NCBI GenBank assembly: GCA_038496445.1
Contig: JALMLS010000282.1
Coordinates: forward strand, 1-64,000
Direction of reading: 5' to 3'
DNA: 64,000 nt
Source of the DNA: Trichosphaerium sp. ATCC 40318
Lineage: Eukaryota > Protista > Tubulinea
This document shows, one piece after another, positions 26,018 to 38,877 of this stretch; the stretch's first letter is position 1, and each line of letters begins with the position of its first letter. The notes beneath the pieces were generated by a model. The model worked only from the letters and a program-made list of their open reading frames with translations, did no database searches and was not told the origin of the DNA. The position numbers were made by a program, and so were the translations under genes.

Positions 26018-27076
26018 ATGTCAGAGCGAAAACAATTGCGTTTGAAAAACAAATTATCGGCAGGATTGAACCATTCGTTAATACTTACGAACGAAGGTAT
26101 AATTCACTCATTTGGAAGTAATATAGAAGGTCAACTTGGAAGAATAACACGTGATAACGAAAACTGTACCGCAAGTCCGATTAACACGATTAAAAACGTT
26201 ATAATGATATCAGCTGGTGATTACCATAGTATGTGCTTATGCGATAATGGTAGTGTTTATATCTGGGGTAGAAACAAAAATGGGTATTTAGGCCTTGGTC
26301 ATAAGAAAAAAGTTGTCGAACCAGAATGTTTACAGTCACTTTCTGATAAGAGTATTGTTTCAATATCTGCAGGTTCGATATGCAGCTTTGCTATATCATC
26401 TTTAGGTGATGTATACGCATGGGGACGTCCTGTAAATAAAGCTCTAGATAATAATGTTAGACACTGTAGAGCACCTCAAAGACTTAAGTCATTACCACCT
26501 ATTTCTAAAGTTCAAAGTATTGGTAATCTAACTCTTGCATTATCTACAAGTGGTCTTCTATTCACTTGGAGAAACTCTGGTATTGGTAGCACAAAACATA
26601 AGGTGCAAGGAATAGAGAATATAGTAGATGTAGCACTTGGACAGTATCATATTTTATGTATTTTGAAAGATGGACAAGTTCTTTCTTTAGGTGATAATTC
26701 TTATGGACAACTAGGTGTTGGTCATTGCTACCAAACTAATAGTTTATGTAAAGTAATAGGCCTAAAGAACGTAATATCAGTACATGCTGGATTAAATATG
26801 TCCTTTGCTATCAACAATGATGGTCGCTTGGTAAGATGGGGTGTTTTTCATGAATCTTATGGAACAGAAAAGTTTAAAAGACCTGTTCCTGAAGTTGTTC
26901 CTGGTGTGTTATGTCAGTCTCATAGCATACGGTCTGGTCACTCACTTACTGTTCTTGATGATGGTAGTTTAAGGACATATGGATTGAATAATTATGGACA
27001 AGCTTCACCACAAACAAGGATACACCTCAAAGAAGCTAGAAAAGCAAGATCACTTGTGCTTGTGAGTGTACGTTGA
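26018..27076 (+). CDS. RCC1-repeat beta-propeller protein (intronless)
   Basis: Repeated ISAGxxHS...GxVYxWGxNxxGQLG motifs over 352 aa. Confidence 0.9.
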   Translation: MSERKQLRLKNKLSAGLNHSLILTNEGIIHSFGSNIEGQLGRITRDNENCTASPINTIKNVIMISAGDYHSMCLCDNGSVYIWGRNKNGYLGLGHKKKVVEPECLQSLSDKSIVSISAGSICSFAISSLGDVYAWGRPVNKALDNNVRHCRAPQRLKSLPPISKVQSIGNLTLALSTSGLLFTWRNSGIGSTKHKVQGIENIVDVALGQYHILCILKDGQVLSLGDNSYGQLGVGHCYQTNSLCKVIGLKNVISVHAGLNMSFAINNDGRLVRWGVFHESYGTEKFKRPVPEVVPGVLCQSHSIRSGHSLTVLDDGSLRTYGLNNYGQASPQTRIHLKEARKARSLVLVSVR

Positions 27077-27783
27077 ACCCCTTTTCATGTTTGCTTCAAG
27101 AATAACTGTAAAAAGGTTACACAACACACAGAAGCAGTCAGATCTGATGAAGTACCAGTGAGGCAGTATAAAATTGAATCAGGCTGTAACAGTGCTAAGG
27201 TGTTAAACCTAATTTAGTACAAATAAATGGTGGACTGAACGCTTATTAAAGTGAAATGTGAAGGAGAAGTTTACACCATTTAGCAGCATGGTTTTTAGCA
27301 GTAGATATATTCTTCTGGTAAAGTACATAAATCATGGTTAATGAGGGCTGGTTTTGAGATTTTTCCATACTGTTCCACTGTTGCCAATTTTAAATTTTTG
27401 AGCTCAATAAAACACTAGACTACTTGTTCTTATAGCTCTCAACAATGTTGAACAGTTACTTATGGACTAGTAAAATGTAAGCCTCACATACCAAAAATTC
27501 AGCTAATAAGATACTCTTCTACAATGAGGTAGACCTACATTGTTTAATGAGGGATGATCATTGTGGCCAAGTTCACTGTCCAAAGTGGTTTTTAATATGC
27601 GTTAATTCATAGGTAACAGCTAAATGCATTCGCCTATCATTGTAATTTACCAATGTTTAGAACCTAGAACGAGTCTAGTGAATGCCGCAACTCTTTAGGT
27701 TTGACAAGTATTTTGATGTTTATACGACATTTTGAAAAGAAAGCTGACAACAAAAGGTGTATGAGCTTGAGGTTCTTTCAAGT

Positions 27784-30045
27784 TTATTGTTGATAACGTT
27801 TGAGGAAGTCACTTTGTGTAGGTTCACGGGTGTAATGAACAGGAACATCATGTTTGGCTCCAGTCAGTTTTCCTTCATTTAAAAATCTTGTAAACATTGC
27901 CAAAGAACTAAGCGGTTGATATTGTGGTGCTTCGTGTCCAGCTCCTAATTAAAAATATTAGTGCTTGACAAATAAGTAAACAGCAAAGTAAGAACAACTT
28001 CGAGTGACCTCACAAAGCTTTGTAAAACACCATATGTAAAGCTTGGTCCACGTGTTCGTACCTTTTATTGTGGCATAGGTAAAGTGAGCTCGCTTTTCAA
28101 CATATCCTACAGTCTCTCCGTTTACAAACCATGGTTGCCATTTTGTTTCTACTGGACTATCTAAAGTAGCTAAACAAGCTTGGGTATGCGCATGAGGTAC
28201 AGTCAACATATCAACGTCGCCTACATGGATCATCAGTTAGTATTGCGAAAGAAAACAAAGGTAAACTTGAATGCTTCGGTTCATTGCTGTTAAAAATTCA
28301 TTGCAAATCACACAAACTTTGCGCTGTTATAACTCGCTCAAAATGCCACGTGCCTGAATAGATTAATACTTTTAGAGCAGGATTAAGTTTGAATATGTCT
28401 CTGTATACGTCTATCATGTTTCCTCCGTTACCGTTGTATTCTAGGTCAAAGCAAGGACTCCATTCACCAGTGACCTAAGGTATTGTAAATATATTTTTAA
28501 AACAATTTTATTTCTAGTTGAGTTTCTGCGTACTTTGACGTTCAAAGCTTCTTGGACATCTTTTCTACTCAAATATACACTAGTCAAATCATTCAATGGT
28601 TTACAGCCATTAGGATCTTGAATAGAAAACTGCAAAGTTCCATTTCCTGTACAGAAATCCTAAAATAAATTACATATTTTTTGCAAAAAACAAAAAAAAA
28701 GAACTGGTGGACGACAGTTCTTCATGCTTTGGATTAACAGCTCTTGAACAAAATACTTGCATCCCACAACTCGCAAAATATGATTTCAAAGTTGTATTGA
28801 GTGAAATACAAAAAACGTGATAGATTGAATGATTTTTCTTCAGAAAAATAAAGTTTCTACTTACGTAGTACAATGCGTCTGTGTTCAGGCTTGGAAAGTT
28901 ACTGAATTCAGTTTTCAATGGCTGACTTATTTTTCCCACTTGGCCAATAGCTATTGAATGAATATCTCCGCATACACTGTTTGGGTAGTCTTCTGCACAG
29001 TTATTTTTTGTCCAGTTGCTAAAAATACCATACGAAATTAAACCGTGGTAGAAAAGGTGAGGAATCTCAGCAACAGCACGCTCTATAGTACAATGATTTA
29101 GTCCATATACCATTGCAGTTGTTTAAAGAGTTTAAAAAGGATTTATAGAACGCTTACCGATATCACAACGGATTGTTGGGTTTCCGATCATTACACCTTC
29201 AAATTGCTTTGCAATTTGTGTTTGAGGATGTTGAAGAATAAGTCTTGTTAACATAGGTATATAAACGCCTCCATAGCTTTCAGCAGTTAACCATGTCTTA
29301 CGTCCGTTATACTTAGGAAACTTTTCAAGGAACCCTATCGTAAAAAAGTGAGAACGGGACCAAGTAGGATCGTTTAAAAAAGATTCCAACCTTGCAAAAA
29401 AGCGAAATTATCTTCGGCCGCTATTACGTCTGATGTCGATCTATCTTTACTATCAGTGTAGTAAGAGTATCCAACTCCTAAAATAAAACGATCACAGAGT
29501 GTCTAAAGAAGTGTATACGCGTACCAGCTGGTTGTTCGATAAACAACATATTTGCTACCTGAGTCCACGCTACATCTGTGTATCCAAGAGTTCCGTCAGC
29601 ACCTTTTTCGTTCGTTTAGTAACTGCTACAAGTTCCCTAATTTATCGGTCTAAAACACTTACGAACTCTGAATGGTCCCATTTCTCTCATTAATCCAATA
29701 ACACCAGAGCAACCAGGACCTCCTTTAGGACAAAAAGAGTCAGTACAATCCAAAAAAAAAAATCACGTGATTTTTTGTTTTACCGTTTGTCCACAGCACC
29801 AAAGGAGCGTTTTCTGGGTCATCTACGAAACAAAGTTAAACGAACATTCTGTTGGTAAACGTTAACGTGTTATGACGCTTACTCTCGCTTTCTATAAGCC
29901 AATAGTGAATAAATCTACCAGTGGTGTTCACTTGAATGTAACCAGAGTATTGAGTTAGTTCTGGCCCTTTATAGTCAGGTAAATCTATTTTTTGGCTGTA
30001 AATTAGCCCACAGAGAGCGATAAAAAGAAGTAAGCTTCTACTCAT
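27784..30045 (-). CDS. Serine carboxypeptidase, MEROPS S10
   Basis: Signal peptide; QYSGY, PLVLWTNGGPGCS, catalytic AESYGG, GDVDMLTVP and GAGHEAP. Confidence 0.95.
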
Positions 30046-30073
30046 TTGGACTTTTTGTGGTAAACAAACTTAA

Positions 30074-30912
30074 GGGCCCTCTAAGTTTTTACTCTGTTTG
30101 ACCATTGGCAGCAAGTGTAATAATACATACTTTGTGATGTATTTTTGTCTGTTTACCCCCTCACCTAGCCTAGTAAACTGTGATCTGGTATCACAGTTTG
30201 CGTCAATTGAGGGTTCACTTGCCTTTTTTTTTTTACAGTCTTTGGTTTTTTTTATATTGAGCCCTCTAACTATTTATGTTCTCTCGGATTCATACTGACA
30301 ATTTTACACCTCCTCCAATGGTAGTGATATTCATCCTATACACAAAACACACTAAATAGAAGCAGCGAAACTAAATTCGGCTTCGAATATACAGTTTAGG
30401 GTATGTATTTGCTGAAGTTTGGTCGTTTTTTTGGCTTTTTTACACCTCCTTGTATTGCTCTAAAAACTTACAACAAAAGCATTCACACCCATTTAGTATG
30501 ATTTCAAAAGGTTTTGGCTTCGAATATAAGGTTTAAAGATTGAATTTCTTATTTTAGAAAGTGAAATCTTAATTTAGTAATTTTTCTTTTTTACACGCTG
30601 TTGGATTGGCTTTAAACTCTGGTATACTATCACCATCGCTATGGAAAGCATAAAAACCAAAACTGAAGTTTGAATACTTGTTTTATACTAAGAAATGACA
30701 TAAAATCGTCTAAAACGCGTTTATAGTGTGGTGAAATATGTTTTAGAGTGTTTTCGGAAATGGAAAGTGAGTTTAAACAGGGTTTTTTTGTGCATTTTTT
30801 AAAGGCAACCTGTGTTGCTCTCGAGCTCAAAGGAGGAAGCCCTATATGGGTAGAATAACCAGTGTAAAAATTGGCAAATTTCAAGCTTTTCTCTTAATCC
30901 AGGAGAACGCCC
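30074..30912. mobile_element. Possible degenerate non-autonomous DNA transposon flanked by TTAA (Kolobok-like termini)
   Basis: TTAA|GGGCccTCT at the left end and AGAacGCCC|TTAA at the right. Internal degenerate repeats of about 135-150 bp (TTTTACAC at 30303, 30438, 30589; GGCTTCGAATATA twice). The TIR match is short. Confidence 0.3.
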
Positions 30913-31256
30913 TTAAACGGCATTTTTCTTAAGCAACACGTGGTGATGGTTCGCATTTCTAGTGTTGGGAGAAAGTCCATCTTTGAATTCGTGTTTCACT
31001 CGTTGTAGTTTGTACATAAGTTAATCTGGAAGGAACAAACACGTGCTGTATGTGTCATATTGTGAAGAACTGGATGAACATGTAACGAAAAGAAATTAGA
31101 AAGATCAATTGATCGCTCATTGATTTAACTCCTTAATCTCTACATATGGTTTCTAATTTCACTGTAGTGCTATAAACCATGTGGAGGAAAACAGCTTAAC
31201 ACGTTATTCACAGAGCATGTTACAGTCTAATTTTTAGTTTAGTTTAGTTTTTTTTT

Positions 31257-34200
31257 CTATTCTGAATCGCTTATCGTGTAAGTATCGGTGTCATTATCAT
31301 CAGAATCATCACTACTATCATTTTTTTGTTCTTGGCCTATGGATGTTGTTTGTATCTTAATCTCACCTATAAATGAAGTCAGTAAAGCTTACGAAAAACA
31401 AAAAAAAAGTTTTTTTTTCATTAAACATTCGTTTAATGTGATGCATTGCGAACACAATAATAGCAACAACAAAAAACTGTACATAACTTGAATGTATAGT
31501 AATATGGTATACACCAGATAGTGTTTGGAGTTTGAATTGAGTAAAACTGAGAGACAAATGGCCAAAATAAAATTCGTTCAAAATCTCATACCTGAGCTTA
31601 AAGAGGATGACTTCGATGATGACATTGACGATGACGATGATGACGATGAATCATCTGAACTCCCCACTGCTACCAAAGGCTTTTTTGATATGTTTGATTT
31701 TTTACTCTTCTTCTTCCTAGCAGGACTGTGTACTTGACTGTAGTTACTCATTTCCATGCTTTTATTTGAAATATTTGTAGGAACAGTGCCGTATGCAGAT
31801 ACCTAGAAATAGAGTCTATAAATAAAATGAAACTTGTAAGATGTAAAATCAACACTTTCAATATTGTGAAGTTATAAGATTAATAAGTGCGAAGCCAAAC
31901 TCTTTAGACAAATATCAAGTAAAAAAAAAACAGAATGAAAACATTTTGTACCATTGATTTCTTCCTTGTTTCTAAATAATATCACGTGATTAGTATTATA
32001 ATTACAAATTTGGTTCTAGATGCGCACCTATTGGTTCTCGTATATTATCGTAAGCATGATCCTCAGCGTTAACATGGAATGTCAAACCATCTTCAACTTT
32101 AAGAAAAAAATAAGAAAACAAAGCAAAAAACAGTACTGATTAGTAATAGTTTACCACTAGAAATTCTTGATTTTTTCCTTTTCGTTTTAGGTGATGGTTC
32201 CACGTGGTCGTTATCTAGAATAGAACCAGATGCGTACACCTACCACAACATGAGAAAATCAAAACGAAAAGCAAAAAAGAGCGCTGTACTTTTCCGCCTT
32301 TTTTATCTTTTGGGTCTTCAATAACACCAGCTTCACCAAGTGTCTCATATTCTGTAAAAACCAGTTAATAATGTATATTACATATAAACGTACTTGTAAG
32401 TTTGTTAGTTCCAGTTATCTCACGAAGTGATAGTGTGTTCTCTTCGTCTCCTTTTGGATCAAGTATAAGTGCGATTTCATTGAAATCAGGTCTGTCTTCT
32501 GGTTCTCTTTGCCAACAGCTATTCATTAACTGTTTCATCTTTATACTCGTACTAAAATCATAGTAAATAACCGATAGATATCTTGTCAATCGTACTTTTC
32601 AGGTATAGGTGGGTGATAGCCGTCCCCGGCAATTTTCAAAGCAAGGTCATGGATTTCAAAAGATTTTGATGGATTTTTCTGTGTAACACATTCCCAAATG
32701 ACTAAATAAACATAAGTAAACATTCTGTGGTGAGAATTTGAGTTCAAATAGTTGGACCACTCTTATTTTCTTTTTTTTTGATGTAAAGTTGTTTTGAGCG
32801 TACCAATACCGAACGCCCACACATCGCTTTTTTTACTTTTTATTATTGTTAGTTGATTTCTTAGAAGTTATATATATAATTGTAACGTACGTCCATTGAT
32901 TGCGTACTGCTTGAGGAGACATCCATCTTAAATAAATAAGAAAAATACAAGATTGATTTAAAGTGATAAAAAAAAAGAGTGTACGCAATAGGTAGTAAGG
33001 TTGATACTGTTTGATGTGAAGCTTCTCCGCTTTGCTCCATAACAAGTCTACTCATTCCTAAACTCAAACTTAGATAAATCTTATACCTTCCATGCTGTAA
33101 GCATTGTTCAAAAAAATCACTTGCCAAAGTCTACAAAAGAGTAAGTAAAAGTTTGTTGCCTAATTAACTTACCTGATATTTTAGGTACATTTCCATCAGT
33201 AAGCTAAATAGTTTGAGTAACATGGCCACAATTTAAATGGACAAAAGATGTAAGAGCAGTACCAGAATATCTAAAGAAAGAAGTAAGCAACGTGTTGGAC
33301 ATTTTTTTTAGCTCAAGAAAAAAAAAAGTCTTACTTCTTGCAGCCAAATCCCTGTGTACAATATCAGAGTGATGTAAGTGTAACATTCCAGCTGCTATGC
33401 CCTTAAAAGATACTAACGAAAAACAAGTATAAACAAACAAGGTCTTACTGCTATGATTTCATGCAACTCAATATTTGTAAGTGCCCTGTCCTTCAATAAC
33501 CCGCTGAGAGATCCACCAGACATAAACCTACAAATTATTTAAGATTCCAACTGTATTTGCTAGTTTTAGTACTCTAGGACAATAATAGGGCAAGGATCCC
33601 AGCACATGCCGTAAATTTGAACAACTAAAAAAAGTCAACAAAACGAGAATCAAAAGATTTGTGATTGCCATTCGAGTGTGGTCTGAGATCCCTACAAACA
33701 ATATTTAAGTATTGTAACTGTTTTCAGAGGTAGGAAGAAACGACGGGTTTTAGAAGGTACTTACATCATGAGCAAAGCTTCTTGCATGAAAGGCTCAAGT
33801 TCATCAGGAATGACTTCATTCTAGAAAAACATTAAAACTTCGCAAAAACTGCCGCTTTTCTGCTTCCCTTTAACACGTACCAAAGTTTTTATAGCAACAG
33901 TTGTGTGTCTCCAAGTACCTTTGTAAACAGTACCAAACCTATGAAAATAAGTAAAACATATAAAAAATGCGAAGAAAGAAGATAGAACACGCACATGCCA
34001 GCGCCAAGAGGTTTTGATTTATCGCCAAAATTTAAATCCTTAAAAGGAATAACCCACTTTCCAAGAGTTTCTGTGTAGACCTTGACATCATCATAAGATA
34101 TACTAGTTCCATACGCTTGAGATAATTGCATTCTGAACTCTAAAAAAACGAACTTAGAATCAAAGAAACGATGTTCGCCAAAAGAAATATCACAGTAGTG

Positions 34201-37200
34201 CTTTAAAATTTAATGCCGTAAAATGAAGGGCAACGGTGAAAGGGTTTATAAATGCGAATTGCTTTGATATCAACTGTTACACATGACAGCATTTCAGAAC
34301 AACAAACGAAGTTTTTTGATTTTCTAGTTTAAGTACGGTAGGAAGAATGCTGTTAAGCTTTTTCAGGTCAAAGTTCGATTTCGAAAGGGCAACAAAAAAA
34401 GGGTAATTGGTCTTTGTGTTTGGTACCAAGCACACTGGTGTTGGTAAAAGATGAAAAAAAAATTAGATGAATTAACAATCACGTTATGTTTACCGTCTTC
34501 TGTCTGCCTGTACTTGAAGTACAGGAAAATAATAATGACCAACAATATTACAATTATCACAGAAGATATACCGCCAAGTACACCACCCAGTACTCGCGAT
34601 CTTTCGTTGTTATCTTCTGTAGCGGCATCTGATGGTGAAAGTGTAGTCGGTGGACTCGTTGATGGTTGAGAAGGTACAATAGGAGGTGCAGGTGTAGGAA
34701 CTTTTTGGGAGAAAAAAAAATAAGAATTAAATAAGATTAAGTGTTTGTTTGGAACCTTCAAGAAAAGATCCTCCTATTTCTTCATTTGCTTGTGTTCCAG
34801 TTTGTTCGTAACTTACAATTTGTAACCTAATATTTCTATGTAAAATTTGCAACACGTGATTTATACAACTGAACGAATCGAAACTTTTTCTGGCACAACG
34901 TTTTGTTTAGGAAATTAAGAAATAAATGAGAAAGATGTTTTCGCTTGCTGGTACTTATAATAAATGCGTACTGAGTATTGGCAGTAATATCTGGATCTAA
35001 TATACTTCCTATAAGGGCATTGGCAGCATCGATATTGGCTATAGTTGATAACTGTAGAAAAGTAAGGGTCACACAAAATTGGAGGTTTCTTTTTTTGTCT
35101 TACATCTAGCATTCCTTCAAGAGTCTCCCAATTAGGTAGTATCTGCCGTTTACTTATAACAGGTTCAAGTGATAATATATTTGGTCTAGGATTGATGTGA
35201 TCTCCAATATTAGCAAGGATTTGTTCTATATCGCTTTGAAAAAGCTGGCCTTTTACAACAATAGAAAAGTTCATTTCTGATTATAAGAGTGAGCTATCAG
35301 AAGTTTTGTATTTGTTTTCCTGCGTACGTGTTGGACATAACATAGATTGATCGATGTCGTTTGTAGATACAACACTAATAAAACTATTTGGAGGTCCATC
35401 AGCGGAAGTTTGATTCCCAATGATCCATCTAAAAATAGAATTAAAAAAACGCTCCAAGTATTGCTTGTTAGAAGGTACTTTCCTGATAAATTCATCGTTT
35501 GATGTGGAATTTAATGAAAAGGCATACAAAGGAAACTTCCCATAGGACCCACTTTTGAAATCAGTGACTCCGTGTCTGTCAATTGGAGGCGGCCATACTC
35601 TATTGTTTACTCCTAAAGTAAGAAAAAGTGGTGTTAGCTTCAACATGGCTCAACTTGACTTTTCAACTTAACGGCAATACGCCAACTTAAGCGTAGTCAT
35701 TAAACTGTACTAAAACATCATGTATATATGTAACTCTACCTGTTGGAATGGTTCGAGGAGCGCCTTCATTAATATATCCAAAATACGTAATAAATCCTTC
35801 ATCATTAGGCAGTTCCCTCACGCATTGTCGAATTGGTTTTATGTCTCCAAAAGTGCCTAAAAATAACAATTAAAGTCTAAAATTCTAGCGCCTTAGTACT
35901 TGGGATTGGTGCTATTGATGGAGGCTCAAAGATTGCTGGAAGAGTCCTATTCGATGCTACAGAGAATTATTATAAGGCGGTTTCAATGTAGGTCGTAAAC
36001 TAAAGGTGATGTACGTACGGCAGACTTCATCATCATCATTGCATGACGAAGAGGGTGGGAAATACGTGTTATTACATCTGCTGCACGATAGAAGATTACA
36101 TTTTACATCACTAAACCAATTAGAGTTAAAATTAAGTGCACGTGAGAGAAAGGGATTCTTGTAATAGAAATCGCATACCACATGATAGTTGAGCTACTGT
36201 TAATGAACGTTGTTTCTTCAGGACATATACTCAAAAAGTTGTTTGCCAAATAGCTATATGTCATTTAAGAAAGTATAAGCACGTGACAATATTTATCAAA
36301 AGGGTTGTTCAAAAAACCAAAAAGTCTTTTTTTACGTGATGTTGTTTGACTTACAGCTCATTTAACTTCGTATTTGCTACTGGAGGAATACTACCATATA
36401 GGAGGTTATTAGCCAGGTTCCTAAAATCAAAGTTTGTTATCTTTCAACACCAATTACTACAATTTACAATATTATCAGCTGTCCTTGAAAGAGGTGTTTT
36501 GGAATTGTTCCTGTCAACTTGTTGTTTTGTAAAAACCTTCGCTAGCGTTAACTAAAACCCGTCATAGATAGATATATTGTACAATCGATTGAAAGAAAGT
36601 GAGAAAGGGATCGAAGGTATCCAACCAGATAAGTTGTTGTCCTCTAAGCGCCTTCAACAAAGATATTTGTTACTAAGGTTTTTTGTCAAAATGATTTGCG
36701 TTCGTACAGCGTTGATAGTGTAGTACTTTGAGGGAAAGCTAAGGGAATAGTTCCAGTGATATTATTGTTGTACAATTCTCTATATCTCGGAATAAGAATT
36801 ACACTGCGATAGCAATAAAACGCACAAATGCTCCAGTGCTGGACCAATTCTGTCAGGTATACTTGTGAAAAAATTGTTGTACGCAACACTAGTTTTATGC
36901 AAGCTTAGTTGTAAATTAATAATGATCCAACACTTACAACATTTTCAAATTTAGTGCTGTTGCTAGGGCGTCAAGCGATCCTGACAATGCGTTATTCTGC
37001 ACACGTCTGAAAGAAAACAAATTAAGTTGTTAATAATAAAAAACCAGCTGTACAGGGTAGTGACTATTGATGATATTGCCGTTAAAGGTCCATGAAAATT
37101 ATTTCCGTCCAACCGAATTGTATGCAATTTACCTGCATTCTCACCTACAAACTGAGGTAAAAGGCCAGTGAGCGAATTATCTGGTAATCTCCTAGTAAAA

Positions 37201-37886
37201 ACAATAAATAGTTCAAAGCGATACCCAACACATACAGAGAGGTGAGTGAAGCTGGCACAGTATTAGGTACTTCTCCAGTTATATTTGTTTTTTCTATTAG
37301 TATCATTTCTATCCCTGGAGCGTTAAATAATGACAGTGGAATAGATCCATGAACGCGTGGTTGGTCTTTTATTTCGCTAGACGAAATGGTCAGTTACACC
37401 GAATAAATAAAAGCACGTGATAACGTACAATTCTTTAAAATTACCGTCCACCTTATCAAATACATCTGGGATAGTACCATATAGAGTATCACAAGTGCTA
37501 TAATGGCTACACGTGTATAAGAAACGTTGCGATTCGAAGCCAAAAAAAACTCAATTTAAACACGTTATCTGGTACACTGTTACGTACAATTTTTGAACAG
37601 CATTTCCATCGCAAGTTATAAAACTATAGCTACACCAATCGACATCAGACGCATTTACAGGTACATTCCATCCAGAAAATCCCGCTAAACACGTGTTACA
37701 AAGAAAAAAAAACAAAGCGAACTTTATTTAGTTTTAATCTAATTTATTTTCGTTTAATTCATAGCTAGCGTTAGTACCTGTTAACTCTAGGAGGAAGCTT
37801 ACGTAATCAGGAGAAAGTTGGGCTTTTGTTGAAGTACACGATGAAAATAATAACAGCACCACCAACAACGAACAAGACCAGTTCAT
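31257..37886 (-). CDS. LRR receptor kinase with tyrosine-kinase-type catalytic loop
   Basis: Signal peptide MNWSCSLLVVLLL; plant-type LRRs (LYNNNITGTIP); Pro/Thr stalk and TM (ORF 34363-34761). Kinase motifs LGAGMFGTVYKG, HRDLAAR, DFGLSR, RWMSP, SDVWAFG and CWQREPEDRPDF. Ser/Asp-rich tail. Confidence 0.9.
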
Positions 37887-38877
37887 TACGTGTGACGCAG
37901 TTTTTTTTTTGTTGTTCGACTTAATATCACGTGACGAATACAAAATGTTAATTTTCAACAAAAAGGAAGTGGCTTAGTAAACTAAACACACAGGTATTTA
38001 ATATTAGCCCATGCTTTTTAACTTTTTCGCAGTCACTTACGACTTTTTGTTTTTAACGTATTTACGTTTGAAAGATTCCAATAGCAGCTGACGTCTTCGC
38101 AGCGGAAATGGAGTAAACAAGCTGAATCTGCTCCTTTTACACAACTTTTATGGGATAAAAGAGTTGCTATGGTTCTTTGCAGGTATAGGTCGTGTTGGTG
38201 GTACTTTTAGAGATAGATAAATCCTAGATCGAATCAAGACAAAACATCACACTTTGCGCATTTTGTATTTTTTGATCAGAAGCTTTTTAACCGGTTGTAG
38301 CCCAGAACATCCAATGAAAACTGATTAGTTTCGCGACTCGTGTTGCATACTATTGTGAAGTGGTAGCTAGGTTTGGTGAGTAGGTGTGAAGGTAAAAAGA
38401 ACTCTTTAATTTACTACGTGGTGATAATGTATTGTTGCTTTCTACGAAATTGTCATGATTGCTCCTCGATACAAAGCAAAGTAGATTTAATTCATTAATT
38501 CGTAAATGTTAACGTAGTTGCACAACATACGTATGATGAATTAATTTAGTGTATTATTACAAGAGCAAATGGTAGAGAACAATACACAAAAGAGAGTATG
38601 AAACACAGCTAATTTAAGTCAAGTTTCTACCAACTACTCTTCCTCCAACACTTGCTTCAAGTACATTTACCCCTACAACGATCCCTCCAAATACAATAGC
38701 ACTGTCAACACTACAATCGAAGGTAGTGTTGTTAGGTAGCACTTTTGGAGGATATGTTGTTGGGGGTAGTGCATTTTGAAACTGCCACCGAGCAGACCTA
38801 AAAATGGAAAAAAAAAATCCCACGCGCTTACTTAAACCTCTAAGCGTTCTTACAACTACACCTAAACATCTAAAACA

